Origin: Candidatus Iainarchaeum sp. | GTDB lineage: Archaea; Iainarchaeota; Iainarchaeia; Iainarchaeales; GCA-2688035 | Assembly: GCA_020053055.1 (NCBI GenBank) | Contig: JAGVNX010000040.1 | Location: forward strand, 1 to 43,069 | DNA: 43,069 bases | Direction: 5' to 3' | Part shown: positions 26,884 through 35,771 of the stretch, piece after piece | Position numbering within the stretch: position 1 is the stretch's first letter | Layout: each line of letters starts with the position of its first letter | Notes under the pieces: generated by a model | The model's database searches: none | The model's input: only the letters and a program-made list of their open reading frames with translations | Told to the model about the DNA's origin: nothing | Position numbers and translations under genes: made by a program

Positions 26884-27090
26884 ATGGAACAGGGAACACC
26901 AGCTGAAATCGTTGAAATAATGAAGAGAACAGGAGTTCACGGAGAAATTATCCAGATAATGTGCAGAATCCTTGACGGGCCAGAAAAAGGGCGGGTCAAA
27001 AGGCGAAACATCAAAGGCAATGTGCAAAAAGGAGATGTTGTGGTTCTTTTGAGCACTGAAAGAGAAGCCAAGGAAATCAAAGCCAGGTAA
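26884..27090 (+). CDS. rps28e: 30S ribosomal protein eS28
   Basis: 68 aa; PAEIVEIMKRTGVHGEIIQIMCRILDGPEKGRVKRRNIKGNVQKGDVV is S28e-like. Confidence 0.92.
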   Translation: MEQGTPAEIVEIMKRTGVHGEIIQIMCRILDGPEKGRVKRRNIKGNVQKGDVVVLLSTEREAKEIKAR

Positions 27091-27104
27091 AAAAAGGCGC
27101 TGAA

Positions 27105-27121
27105 AATGGTCAATTGCAGTT
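27105..27121 (+). repeat. Direct repeat 1: copy of the L24e start (aATGGTCAATTGCAGTT)
   Basis: Identical at 16 of 17 positions to 27378-27394, and exactly 273 nt upstream of it. Confidence 0.85.
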
Positions 27122-27377
27122 CAGCCTTTTCTTGGACCATGCAAAACCAAAAAGGTTGCGTGGCCTCGCAAAGCTTTGCTTTGCAAGGAAGAAAAGCCCT
27201 GGGAAAAGAACAATTTGCTAGCGCAAATTGGTTGCTTTGCAAAAGCCTTTTCTTGGAAAGAACATTACAAAAGCTTCGCTTTTATGATGCCTCAAAAAAC
27301 ATTTGGCTTTTTAAGGAAGCTTGGGAAAAAACAATTTGCTAACACAAATTGATTTGGCTCCCAAAAGAAGGTGGAAC
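27122..27377 (+). repeat. 256-nt non-coding insertion (MITE-like or intron-derived) between S28e and L24e
   Basis: Bounded by imperfect inverted termini ccttttcttgg 27125-27135 / ccaaaagaagg 27361-27371. Positions 27123-27210 are homologous to the tRNA-Leu intron. An internal ~33-nt direct repeat occurs at 27199-27231 and 27320-27352. Track ORF 27106-27342 is judged non-coding. Confidence 0.7.
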
Positions 27378-27394
27378 AATGGTTAATTGCAGTT
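27378..27394 (+). repeat. Direct repeat 2: the functional L24e start (aATGGTTAATTGCAGTT)
   Basis: See 27105-27121. Confidence 0.85.
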
Positions 27395-27549
27395 TTTGCG
27401 GAACAGAATTGAAGCCCGGAACAGGCATGATGTTTGTGAAAAAAGAAGGCACAGCGCTTTTCTTTTGCTCAAGGAAATGCAGAATGAACCTGACAAAGCT
27501 AAAGAGAAACCCAGCAAACAAAAAATGGGCAAGCAGGAAAAAAATCTGA
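27379..27549 (+). CDS. rpl24e: 50S ribosomal protein eL24
   Basis: MVNCSFCGTELKPGTGMMFVKKEGTALFFCSRKCRMNLTKLKRNPANKKWA is the L24e signature. GGTGG lies 5 nt upstream of ATG 27379. Confidence 0.92.
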   Translation: MVNCSFCGTELKPGTGMMFVKKEGTALFFCSRKCRMNLTKLKRNPANKKWASRKKI

Positions 27550-27564
27550 GAAAGGTGATTTTAA

Positions 27565-28035
27565 TTGGAAAGAAGCCTAGTAATCATAAAGCCTGATGCG
27601 GTAAACAGGGATCTGATTGGAAGAATAATTGCCAGGCTTGAAGAAAAAGGCCTGAAAATAGTGGCAATGAAAATGGAAAAATTGCACCCCTACAAATTGA
27701 AAGACCATTATGCCCACTTGAAAGACAAGCCTTTCTATGAAGAAATCATAAAATACATGTCAAGCATTCCAAGCATTCTTCTTGTGATTGAAGGCAAACA
27801 AGCTGTTGAAGTTGTGAGAAAAATGATTGGCCCTACACAGGGAAGGGAAGCGCCTTCGGGAACAATCAGGGGGGATTTCAGCGTAAGCAACCAGTCAAAC
27901 CTCGTGCACGCATCAGACAGCACAGAGACAGCGCAAAAAGAAATTGAAAGATTTTTCAAGGCAGAAGAATTGCACGAATACCAGAAAATGAATTTTGACT
28001 GGATTTATTCAAAGGATGAAAAATCGCTTAAATAA
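27565..28035 (+). CDS. ndk: Nucleoside diphosphate kinase
   Basis: ERSLVIIKPDAV...GTIRGDFS...NLVHASDS (active-site His). TTG start. Confidence 0.92.
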   Translation: MERSLVIIKPDAVNRDLIGRIIARLEEKGLKIVAMKMEKLHPYKLKDHYAHLKDKPFYEEIIKYMSSIPSILLVIEGKQAVEVVRKMIGPTQGREAPSGTIRGDFSVSNQSNLVHASDSTETAQKEIERFFKAEELHEYQKMNFDWIYSKDEKSLK

Positions 28036-28044
28036 GCAGGAACA

Positions 28045-28491
28045 ATGGAGTTGTTTTTGTTGAAGGTTTTGGTAAAAAAATTGTGCCCGGAAGCAAAAAT
28101 CCCAAAATTGGAACATCTTGGAGACAGCGGTGTTGACCTTTATTCAGTTGAATCCTGCACAATAAAGCCTGGCGAAATAAGGCTTGTGAAAACAGGCTTG
28201 GCAATTGCTTTTCCCAATGGCTTTGAAGCGCAGGTAAGGCCAAAAAGCGGGCTGGCTTTGAATTTTGGAATAAGCATTGTAAATACGCCTGGCACAATTG
28301 ACTCTGGTTACAGAGGGGAAATCTGCATTATTCTTGTCAACCACGGCAAAAAAGCTTTTGTTGTTGAAAAAAACAAGAAAATAGCGCAAATGGTTTTTCA
28401 GAAAATTGAAAAACCTGAATTTGAAATTGTTGAAAACCTTGACGAAACAAAAAGAGGCAACAGTGGATTTGGCTCAACTGGCTTGGATTAG
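28045..28491 (+). CDS. dut: dUTP diphosphatase (trimeric dUTPase family)
   Basis: [24 protein letters not shown] and [10 protein letters not shown] motifs. Confidence 0.88.
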   Translation: MELFLLKVLVKKLCPEAKIPKLEHLGDSGVDLYSVESCTIKPGEIRLVKTGLAIAFPNGFEAQVRPKSGLALNFGISIVNTPGTIDSGYRGEICIILVNHGKKAFVVEKNKKIAQMVFQKIEKPEFEIVENLDETKRGNSGFGSTGLD

Positions 28492-28503
28492 GATTGGGAA
28501 AAA

Positions 28504-30273
28504 ATGGCGGTAAGGCAACCAATTGTAACTGTTCTTGGCCATGTTGACCACGGAAAAACAAAATTTTTGGACATGATACGGGGCAGCACAATTGTTGAAA
28601 AAGAAGCCGGTGCAATTACCCAGCACATAGGCGCAACAGAAGTGCCAATAAGCGCAATTGAAAAAATTTCGGGAAATTTAATAAAAGAATATGGTTTTCA
28701 AATTGAAATTCCGGGATTGCTGTTTATTGATACTCCTGGGCACGAAGCATTTTCCAACCTGAGGAAACGCGGAGGAAGCATTGCAGACATGAGCGTATTA
28801 GTTGTTGACATTAACCAGGGAATGCAGCAGCAAACCTTTGAAGCCGTGGAAATTTTGCGCGGGTTCAAGGTTCCTTTCATTGTTGCCGCAAATAAAATAG
28901 ATTTGATTCAGGGCTATGAATCAAAAAAAGAAGAATTTTCAAAAAACATTGAGAATCAGGGCGAACATGCAAAAAAATTGCTTGATGAAAAAATTTATGC
29001 ATTAGTCGGAAAATTGTTTGAATGCGGCTTTCAATCAGAAAGATTTGACAGGTGCAATGATTTCACAAAACAAATTCCAATAGTGCCAACCTGCGCAAAA
29101 ACAGGCGAAGGGCTGCCGGAAGTGCTGATGCTCTTGGCAGGATTAAGCCAAAAATTTTTGAAAACCCGGTTGACAATTGACAAAACTGTTGCAGGAAAGG
29201 GAACAATTCTGGAAGTGAAAGAAGAACGCGGGCTTGGAAAAACAATTGACATTATTCTTTATGACGGCGAACTGAAAGTAAACGATAAAATTGCCCTTGG
29301 CGGAAAACACCATGTAATTGAAACAAAAATCAGGGCATTGTTAAAACCGCCTGCAATGGAACAAATCGGGCAGACAGCGGAAAAATTTGTTTCCGTAAAA
29401 GAAGTTCATGCAGCAGCAGGCGTAAAAATTGCTGCGCCGGAATTGGCTGATGCCCTAGCCGGAGCCCCCATAATGGCAGTAAAAACCGGGAACGAAGCAA
29501 AAATGATTGCCGAAGAAATTGCAGAAGTAAAAATTGAAACTCACACAGAAGGAATAGTTTTGAAAGCAGACACCCTCGGCGCCCTTGAAGCAATGGTTTT
29601 GCTGCTTGAAAAACAAGGCCTGAAGCCAAAAATTGCCGATGTTGGCGATATAACAAGAAGAGACATAATGGAAGCATTGGCTGTAAAGGAAAAAAAACCG
29701 TTTGAAGCCATTGTTTTTGCGTTCAACGTTGGAATTGAACAAGGAGCGGAAGAAGAAGCAAAAAAAAGGGAAATAAAAATTTTTTCCGGAAACGTGATTT
29801 ACAACGTTATTAATGATTACCAAAAATGGATTTCAGAAATAAAAGAAGCTGAAAGAAGAAAAATACTTGAATGTGTTGTTTTGCCAGCCCGCATGATTTT
29901 CATGAAAGGGTTCATTTTCAGAAACAGCGAGCCTGCAATTTTTGGCGTGAAAATCCTGCAGGGCTGCATAAGGCCTGGCGTTGAAATAATGAACGAAAAA
30001 GGCGAAATTATCGGAAGGCTTGAAGCAATACAAGCACAGAACGAATCTGTTAAAGAAGCCAAAAAAAACCAGGAAGTTGCCATTTCAGTGAAAGGCGCAG
30101 TAATAGGCAGAAACCTTAAGCAGGGAGAAGAATTATTAACCTTTATTCCAAAAAGAAATTTTTTGGAATTTGAAAAATTAAGCAATTTCCTTTCAAGCGA
30201 AGAATTTGAATTGGTTGAATTTATTAAAAAATTAGAATTGCAAAAAGAAAAAAGAAAAGAGGCGATTGAATGA
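28504..30273 (+). CDS. infB: Translation initiation factor aIF5B (IF2 family GTPase)
   Basis: G motifs GHVDHGKT, DTPGHEAF and NKID. Length is 589 aa. No intein is visible. Confidence 0.93.
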   Translation: MAVRQPIVTVLGHVDHGKTKFLDMIRGSTIVEKEAGAITQHIGATEVPISAIEKISGNLIKEYGFQIEIPGLLFIDTPGHEAFSNLRKRGGSIADMSVLVVDINQGMQQQTFEAVEILRGFKVPFIVAANKIDLIQGYESKKEEFSKNIENQGEHAKKLLDEKIYALVGKLFECGFQSERFDRCNDFTKQIPIVPTCAKTGEGLPEVLMLLAGLSQKFLKTRLTIDKTVAGKGTILEVKEERGLGKTIDIILYDGELKVNDKIALGGKHHVIETKIRALLKPPAMEQIGQTAEKFVSVKEVHAAAGVKIAAPELADALAGAPIMAVKTGNEAKMIAEEIAEVKIETHTEGIVLKADTLGALEAMVLLLEKQGLKPKIADVGDITRRDIMEALAVKEKKPFEAIVFAFNVGIEQGAEEEAKKREIKIFSGNVIYNVINDYQKWISEIKEAERRKILECVVLPARMIFMKGFIFRNSEPAIFGVKILQGCIRPGVEIMNEKGEIIGRLEAIQAQNESVKEAKKNQEVAISVKGAVIGRNLKQGEELLTFIPKRNFLEFEKLSNFLSSEEFELVEFIKKLELQKEKRKEAIE

Positions 30274-30755
30274 ATATTGTTATTGCAGAACCAAAAAGCG
30301 GAAGAAGTGCAAACAAAAAAACAGAGGAACCAGTTTTTCTCAACAGAAGAATCGGCGAAGAAGTAAACCTTGACAACCTGGGATTGCCCGGTTTCAAGGC
30401 AAAAATCACTGGCGGAAGCGACAAACAGGGCTTTCCAATGAAACCAAAAATGCAGGGCACTGCAAGAAAAAAAGCACTGCTAAAAAAAGGAATCGGCTTC
30501 AGGACAACAATACGCGGCCAGATGAAAAGAAAAAATATCCGGGGCAACATTATCAGCCCGGAAACACAACAATTAAACCTTGTAATTACGCAAGCCGGGG
30601 ATATGCAGATTTTTGAACAATTGATTCCAAAGCAAAAAATAGAGGAAAAAAAGGAAACAATAAAAGAACAAATGGTAAAACAATCATTGGAAAATGTTGG
30701 AAACACTGCACTTGCCAAAGAAGCGAAAAAAATAAAGTCCAAATCAAAAAGATAA
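30270..30755 (+). CDS. rps6e: 30S ribosomal protein eS6
   Basis: KITGGSDKQGFPMKP...GIGFRTTIRGQMKRKNIRGNII is S6e-like. Confidence 0.9.
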   Translation: MNIVIAEPKSGRSANKKTEEPVFLNRRIGEEVNLDNLGLPGFKAKITGGSDKQGFPMKPKMQGTARKKALLKKGIGFRTTIRGQMKRKNIRGNIISPETQQLNLVITQAGDMQIFEQLIPKQKIEEKKETIKEQMVKQSLENVGNTALAKEAKKIKSKSKR

Positions 30756-30777
30756 AGGAAAACAGAGGGAAAATATT

Positions 30778-32082
30778 TTGACCGCAAAAAAAACATTTGG
30801 GGAAACGAAAAAAAAACCAGCGAAAGCAAGCCCTTCTGAAAAAGAAACTAGGGAAAACCAGGAGAAAAAAAAAGCAAGTGATACAAACAAAGCGGAACAG
30901 GCAGTTTTAAACATTGGAATGATCGGCCATGTTGACCACGGAAAAACCTCTTTGACACAGGCGCTTACTGGAAAATGGACTGAAACCCACAGCGAGGAGC
31001 TGAAAAGAGGAATTTCAATAAGGCTTGGATATGCTGACACAACCTTTTACAAATGCCCAAAATGCAAGGGCAGCGAGGCCTACTCCCTAAAGCCTGTTTG
31101 CAGCGCATGCAATTCCAAAATGGAAAAACTAAGAGTAATAAGCTTTGTTGATGCTCCGGGGCACGAAACACTGCTTACAACAATGCTGAGCGGTGCAACC
31201 CTGATGCAAGGGGCAATTCTTGTAATTGCAGCCAACGAAAACTGCCCCCAGCCACAGACAATAGAGCACTTGGCAGCATTAAAAATTGCAGGCATAAAGA
31301 ACATTGTTGTTGCACAGAACAAGATTGATTTGGTTGACAAAAAACAGGCATTGGAAAACGAAAAACAAATAAAAGAATTTCTAAAATCACAGGGCTTTGA
31401 AAATTTGCCTATTATCCCAGTGGCAGCACACCTGGGAATAAACCTTGATTTGCTGATTGAAATGATTGAAAAAACAATTCCAACCCCAGAATTTGAAATC
31501 AAAAAACCATTGAAAGCATATTGCATAAGGAGCTTTGATGTCAACAAGCCAGGGTCAGAAATAAAAGAATTGAAAGGAGGGGTTATTGGAGGCTCAATAA
31601 TTGAAGGCACAATAAAAATCGGAGACAAAATTGAAATCACTCCGGGCATTGATGGAAAATCAATTCTGACAACAGTGCAAAGCCTTAATTGTGCAGCCGG
31701 AAAGCTAAACGAGGCAAAACCCGGCGGCTTGATAGGAATCGGCACAATGCTTGACCCAAGCCTGACACAAAACGACAGGATGCGAGGCCAGGTAATTGCA
31801 CTGCCAGGATTAATGCCATTGCCCACAAAAAAAGTTTTTTTGAAAATGACTTTCATTGAAAGGATTGTTGCAAATATTGACAAAAAAATCAGGACAAATG
31901 ACGTATTGGTGCTAACAATAGGGGCAATGACCACACTTGGAACAATTATCCGGGAAAAAGACAATGTTCTGGAAGTAGACTTGCGAACCCCGGCAATCAT
32001 TGAAAAAAACGTAAAAATCGCGCTAAGCAGGAAAGAAAGCGGGCGATGGAGGCTGATTGGCTACGCAACACCAGAAAAATAA
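30778..32082 (+). CDS. Translation initiation factor aIF2 gamma subunit
   Basis: NIGMIGHVDHGKTSL, zinc knuckle CPKCKG...CSAC, DAPGHE and NKIDL. TTG start with a Lys-rich N-terminal extension. Confidence 0.92.
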   Translation: MTAKKTFGETKKKPAKASPSEKETRENQEKKKASDTNKAEQAVLNIGMIGHVDHGKTSLTQALTGKWTETHSEELKRGISIRLGYADTTFYKCPKCKGSEAYSLKPVCSACNSKMEKLRVISFVDAPGHETLLTTMLSGATLMQGAILVIAANENCPQPQTIEHLAALKIAGIKNIVVAQNKIDLVDKKQALENEKQIKEFLKSQGFENLPIIPVAAHLGINLDLLIEMIEKTIPTPEFEIKKPLKAYCIRSFDVNKPGSEIKELKGGVIGGSIIEGTIKIGDKIEITPGIDGKSILTTVQSLNCAAGKLNEAKPGGLIGIGTMLDPSLTQNDRMRGQVIALPGLMPLPTKKVFLKMTFIERIVANIDKKIRTNDVLVLTIGAMTTLGTIIREKDNVLEVDLRTPAIIEKNVKIALSRKESGRWRLIGYATPEK

Positions 32083-32452
32083 GATTATTGCATTAGACAC
32101 AAACATGATTCTAGCAATCGTCCAATTCAAAATAGACATTTTCAGCCAGGCAAAAAACCTGTTCGGAAGCAACATTAATTTTATCGTGACAAAAAAAAGC
32201 ATTGAAGAACTGGAAAAACTTGCAAAAAAAAACAGGGCAATGAAAAAAAATGCTGAATTGGCATTGGAAATAATTAAAAAAAATAATGTGAAAGAGGCAA
32301 ATATCCGGGCACAAAATGCAGATGAATGCCTTGAAAAACTGGCTGCAAAAGGAATAATAATAGCAACCAATGACAAGAAGCTTAGAAAAAAAATAAAAGT
32401 GTTTGGCAACCATATATTCTTGAAAAAAAAACGGTTTATTGCATTCGAATAA
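32057..32452 (+). CDS. PIN-domain protein (Fcf1-like, COG1412-type)
   Basis: IIALDTNMILAIVQFKIDIF...IIATNDKKLRKKIK has PIN acidic residues. It occupies the conserved slot between aIF2gamma and RpoE'. The start is unclear because it overlaps the aIF2gamma 3' end. Confidence 0.75.
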   Translation: MATQHQKNKIIALDTNMILAIVQFKIDIFSQAKNLFGSNINFIVTKKSIEELEKLAKKNRAMKKNAELALEIIKKNNVKEANIRAQNADECLEKLAAKGIIIATNDKKLRKKIKVFGNHIFLKKKRFIAFE

Positions 32453-32536
32453 GGCAAAAAACCTTTTATTCTCAAAAAATTAAAATTTTTAATTTGAATT
32501 CAAAAAAAAAAGTGTTTTTGATGGCAGGGTGAGTAA

Positions 32537-33166
32537 ATGTATTATTTGGTAAAAATAAAAGAAAAAGTGCGGGTTCCCCCAAAAGAATTTGGAGAAAAAC
32601 TCGATTCAACAATCCTAAAAATAGTGCAGCAAGAATACGAAGGCCTCATTGACGAAGACCTCGGCCTTATTGTAGCAGTGATTTCAACAGGCAATATTGG
32701 AAAAGGAAAAATTGTTCCAGGAGACGGGGCAGCATACTTTGAAACAGAATTGGAAATACTGGTTTTCAAGCCATTGATGCACGAACTAGTGGAAGGATTT
32801 GTTTCAGAAGTAACAGAATTCGGGGCATTTATAAGATTCAGCCCGATTGACGGCCTTGTCCACGTAAGCCAAATAATAAACGATTACATTACCTATGATG
32901 CCAAACTGCCCGGCTTTACAGGCAAAAAAACAAGAGTGAAACTCACGGCAAACGACGAGGTATTGGCACGCATAGTAACAATTTCCCTGAAAGGCAATAT
33001 CCAAAATTCAAAAATCGGCCTTACAATGAGGCAGCCTTTCCTTGGAAAAGAAGAATGGCAAAAAATAAGCATAGAAACGCCAAGCAGGGAAAAAACAAAG
33101 CCAAAAGAAAAATACTCTGACAAGGGCAGAATAAAAATGCCAAAAGAAACAAAAGAAAAAAAATAG
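32537..33166 (+). CDS. rpoE: DNA-directed RNA polymerase subunit E' (Rpo7)
   Basis: An Rpb7-like N-terminus followed by an S1 domain (GFVSEVTEFGAFIRFSPIDGLVHVSQI). Confidence 0.9.
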   Translation: MYYLVKIKEKVRVPPKEFGEKLDSTILKIVQQEYEGLIDEDLGLIVAVISTGNIGKGKIVPGDGAAYFETELEILVFKPLMHELVEGFVSEVTEFGAFIRFSPIDGLVHVSQIINDYITYDAKLPGFTGKKTRVKLTANDEVLARIVTISLKGNIQNSKIGLTMRQPFLGKEEWQKISIETPSREKTKPKEKYSDKGRIKMPKETKEKK

Positions 33167-33184
33167 GCACAATTAAAAAAAAAA

Positions 33185-33281
33185 GCTTTTTGAAGCAAGT
33201 GCTAAAAGCTTGCTTTCAAAAGCCTTGGCACGATTTCAAGCAGAGAAACATTGAAGCAATATTTGACTGCTTGAAATCGTG
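33185..33281 (+). other. Two strong tandem hairpins in the rpoE'-spt4 spacer
   Basis: Hairpin 1: 33185-33199/33209-33223, a 15-position stem with 13 Watson-Crick pairs, 1 GU and 1 mismatch. Hairpin 2: 33229-33243/33267-33281, 15 bp perfect with a 23-nt loop. The TTGAAGCA motif recurs. Confidence 0.7.
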
Positions 33282-33298
33282 GGGAAATGTGATTAAAA

Positions 33299-33493
33299 AT
33301 GGCCAAAGAAAAAGCTTGCAGAAACTGCAAATTGATAGTTGAAGACTCAAAAGAATGCCCCCTATGCAAAGGCACTGTATTCACAACCTTCTGGCAGGGC
33401 TATGTAATGATAATAGACCCTGAAAAAAGCGAAATCGCAAAACACAAAGCCATAACAAACCCGGGAAAATATGCACTGCGCTTAAGCAGGTAA
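33299..33493 (+). CDS. spt4: Transcription elongation factor Spt4 (RpoE'')
   Basis: 64 aa with zinc ribbon CRNCKLIV...CPLCKG and the tail GYVMIIDPEKSEIAK. Confidence 0.9.
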   Translation: MAKEKACRNCKLIVEDSKECPLCKGTVFTTFWQGYVMIIDPEKSEIAKHKAITNPGKYALRLSR

Positions 33494-33549
33494 ACAATAA
33501 CAGCAACAATTTTCTAAAAAAAAAACAATTTTGGTGACTGGTGATACAA

Positions 33550-33894
33550 ATGGATATTAGGATAACACAAAAACAAAAAAACCCCGCATTACAAAGGGAA
33601 GAAATTGAATTTGAAGTAAAAGAATCAAAAACAACTCCGACAAGAAAAGAAATACGGGAAAAAATAGCCGCGCTAATCGCATCAAAGCCAGAACTCGTGA
33701 TAATAGAAAAAATAATGACACACTTCGGCTCAACAGAAGTTACAGGAAAAGCGCGTGCCTACGAAAACGAAGAAAAATTGAAAAAAACAGAATTAAACCA
33801 TTTGATTAATAAAAGCGCGGGCATAAAAAAAGGAAAAGAAGAAAAAACAAATAAAGAAACAGCCCCCGCCAAAAAAGAAGAAACTAAAAAATAA
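33550..33894 (+). CDS. rps24e: 30S ribosomal protein eS24
   Basis: ITQKQKNPALQREEIEFEVKESKTTPTRKEIREKIAA is S24e-like. ATG 33550 follows GGTGA. Confidence 0.9.
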   Translation: MDIRITQKQKNPALQREEIEFEVKESKTTPTRKEIREKIAALIASKPELVIIEKIMTHFGSTEVTGKARAYENEEKLKKTELNHLINKSAGIKKGKEEKTNKETAPAKKEETKK

Positions 33895-33925
33895 AAAAAA
33901 ATTCAATTTTGGAACGTGATTAAAA

Positions 33926-34123
33926 ATGGCTGAAAAAGAAAAAACAGTGAAAAAAGAAACGAAAAAAAACAAGAAGACAAAACAAGCCCTTTTTGAAGTA
34001 AGCGGCGAAACAGTGAAAAGGAAAAACCGCTACTGCCCAAAATGCGGCCCGGGCGTCTTCATGGCCACACACAAAGACAGGTTTACCTGCGGAAAGTGCG
34101 GTTATACCGAGTGGAAAAAATGA
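33926..34123 (+). CDS. rps27ae: 30S ribosomal protein eS31 (S27ae)
   Basis: [32 protein letters not shown] zinc ribbon. Confidence 0.9.
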   Translation: MAEKEKTVKKETKKNKKTKQALFEVSGETVKRKNRYCPKCGPGVFMATHKDRFTCGKCGYTEWKK

Positions 34124-34668
34124 ATTATTTTCTCATAAATTTTTTAATAGATTTTTTCCTAGTTTTTTTTCCAATCATCTTCATTGCAAGAAAAACAAAA
34201 AAAATTGAATTCAAAAAAATTCTTGCAGAATTAGGCATACAAAAAACAGGGGCAAAATTTTTTTTCCGGGAAACAACAAAACTCCTGCTTATCCTGATTG
34301 CGGTTTCAATAACTATTTCCCTGCTGCTTGTTTTAATCGGCTTGAACGACAGCCAAAACATCTTCCAAAAAATAGACTCTCTAAAATCACAAAGCATCCT
34401 GCTTCTTTTTTACATGCTAATTGTGAGAGTAACAGCCGAAGAAATTTTTTTCAGGGGCTTTCTCGCAAAAAAAATCGGAATAATTTTCAGTTCAGCCGCA
34501 TTCGCCTGCATACACTTTTCATACGGGTCAATTGCCGAGATAATAGGAACATTTTTCCTGGGAATCGTACTGGCAAAATTTTTTATGAAAAACAAAAATT
34601 TGATGCCAAACATTTTTGCACACATTTTTTACAATTTCTTTGCAATAATACTGGTATACAGCGCATAA
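34120..34668 (+). CDS. CPBP (CAAX) family intramembrane glutamic protease
   Basis: Motifs [13 protein letters not shown] and AHIFYN in a polytopic protein. ATG 34120 overlaps the S27ae stop (ATGA). Confidence 0.8.
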   Translation: MNYFLINFLIDFFLVFFPIIFIARKTKKIEFKKILAELGIQKTGAKFFFRETTKLLLILIAVSITISLLLVLIGLNDSQNIFQKIDSLKSQSILLLFYMLIVRVTAEEIFFRGFLAKKIGIIFSSAAFACIHFSYGSIAEIIGTFFLGIVLAKFFMKNKNLMPNIFAHIFYNFFAIILVYSA

Positions 34669-34678
34669 ACGTGAAAAA

Positions 34679-35293
34679 ATGGCTAAAATTGAAAAACTCT
34701 GCAAAAATGAAAAAAACGCCTTGAAAAAAGCAGCCAAAACCCTTGAAACAGGCGGGGTAATTATTTTTCCAACAGAAACAAGCTACGGAATAGGCGCAGA
34801 TGCATTAAGCGAAAAAGCAATTAAAAAAGTGCACAAAGCAAAAAAACAGCCTGACAACAAGCCAATAAGCGTAATAGTTGCCAACTTGAAACAGGCAGAA
34901 AGCATTGCCGAGCTAAACCAAGAAGCAAAAATTCTTGCAAAAAAATTCTTTCCAGGCCCGCTTACAATAATTGCGCCTGAAAAAAATGTTCCAAAAAACC
35001 TTGCAAAAAACGGAATCGCATTCAGGGTCCCGGACAATAAATTCGCAAGAAAATTATGCAAAGCATTCGGAAGGCCGATTACAGCAACAAGCGCAAACCT
35101 GCACGGAGAACCCGCAATTTTTGATTCAAAAGAACTGATTGAAAAATTTTACGGCAGAGTAGATTTGATAATTGACGCAGGAAAACTTCCAAAAAGAGAA
35201 GCAAGCACGATTTATTCCGCAATCGAACACAAAATTTTAAGAGAAGGAAAAATAACGAAAAAAGAAATTGAAAAAGCATTGAAAAAGAAGTGA
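34679..35293 (+). CDS. tsaC: L-threonylcarbamoyladenylate synthase (Sua5/YrdC/TsaC, YrdC-domain only)
   Basis: GGVIIFPTETSYGIGADA, KPISVIV, FPGPLTII, FRVPD and ITATSANLHGEP motifs. Confidence 0.9.
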   Translation: MAKIEKLCKNEKNALKKAAKTLETGGVIIFPTETSYGIGADALSEKAIKKVHKAKKQPDNKPISVIVANLKQAESIAELNQEAKILAKKFFPGPLTIIAPEKNVPKNLAKNGIAFRVPDNKFARKLCKAFGRPITATSANLHGEPAIFDSKELIEKFYGRVDLIIDAGKLPKREASTIYSAIEHKILREGKITKKEIEKALKKK

Positions 35294-35297
35294 AAAA

Positions 35298-35771
35298 ATG
35301 GCAAAGCAAATTGGAATCAAAATCACATACAATAAAGAGGCTGGAACGCCTCTTTTCGCAGACTTTCGGATCGAAAAAGGAATTCCATCCAAAGAATTCT
35401 TAACAAACCAAACAATTCGAAAAACGATTCAGGAATCACCTTATATTGTTGGTTGCCATTTGGGAACGATGACTCTCAAAAAAAACCCTAAAGGCAACAA
35501 AGCTTGTTGGGTTTGCTATAACCCATTTCCACGCACCGACCTATGGCTTGGAAAAAAAGGCATTGCACAGTTATTGGAATACCGCGTGCTTCAAAAATTC
35601 AGAGAACAACATCCAACTGTCTCACAGGTTAAACACATAGACCCCTCACAGCTTCGAATAGGCCAGTTACAAAGACGCGGTTTAAATCCTAACCATTACT
35701 CTTTCAAGGATGCTATCAAAAAACTTCGAAAAAAAATTGCCAAAGATGCCCGAAAAACACGAAGGCCATAA
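35298..35771 (+). CDS. Hypothetical protein (weak GNAT-like motif only)
   Basis: 157-aa ORF between sua5 and kae1. LWLGKKGIAQLLEYRVL...LQRRGLNP loosely resembles GNAT motif A/B. By eye, the codon style lacks the poly-A runs of neighbouring genes. Confidence 0.45.
   Translation: MAKQIGIKITYNKEAGTPLFADFRIEKGIPSKEFLTNQTIRKTIQESPYIVGCHLGTMTLKKNPKGNKACWVCYNPFPRTDLWLGKKGIAQLLEYRVLQKFREQHPTVSQVKHIDPSQLRIGQLQRRGLNPNHYSFKDAIKKLRKKIAKDARKTRRP

Noticed and set aside
27280-27295. A C-box-like AUGAUGC inside the insertion, and other UGAUGA occurrences (for example 3357, 6843, 11372), as C/D box sRNA candidates.
   Set aside because: No properly spaced D box (CUGA) or terminal stem is present. All other UGAUGA hits lie inside coding sequence.
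27106-27342. Track ORF of 78 aa (MVNCSSAFSWTMQNQ...), and the similar-looking peptide segment in ORF 18514-18837 (ASQSFALQGRK).
   Set aside because: The shared peptide only reflects the shared nucleotide repeat. One copy lies inside a tRNA intron. The composition and the lack of an SD argue against coding.
27105-27394. The S28e-L24e insertion as a functional BHB intron of the L24e mRNA.
   Set aside because: Its 3' side resembles the tRNA-Leu BHB half (GGAA-CA|A). On the 5' side there is no 3-nt bulge: only a 1x1 or 2x2 internal loop between GUUC/GAAC and the terminal helix. The outer helix is also interrupted. L24e has a complete start and SD downstream, so splicing is not needed.
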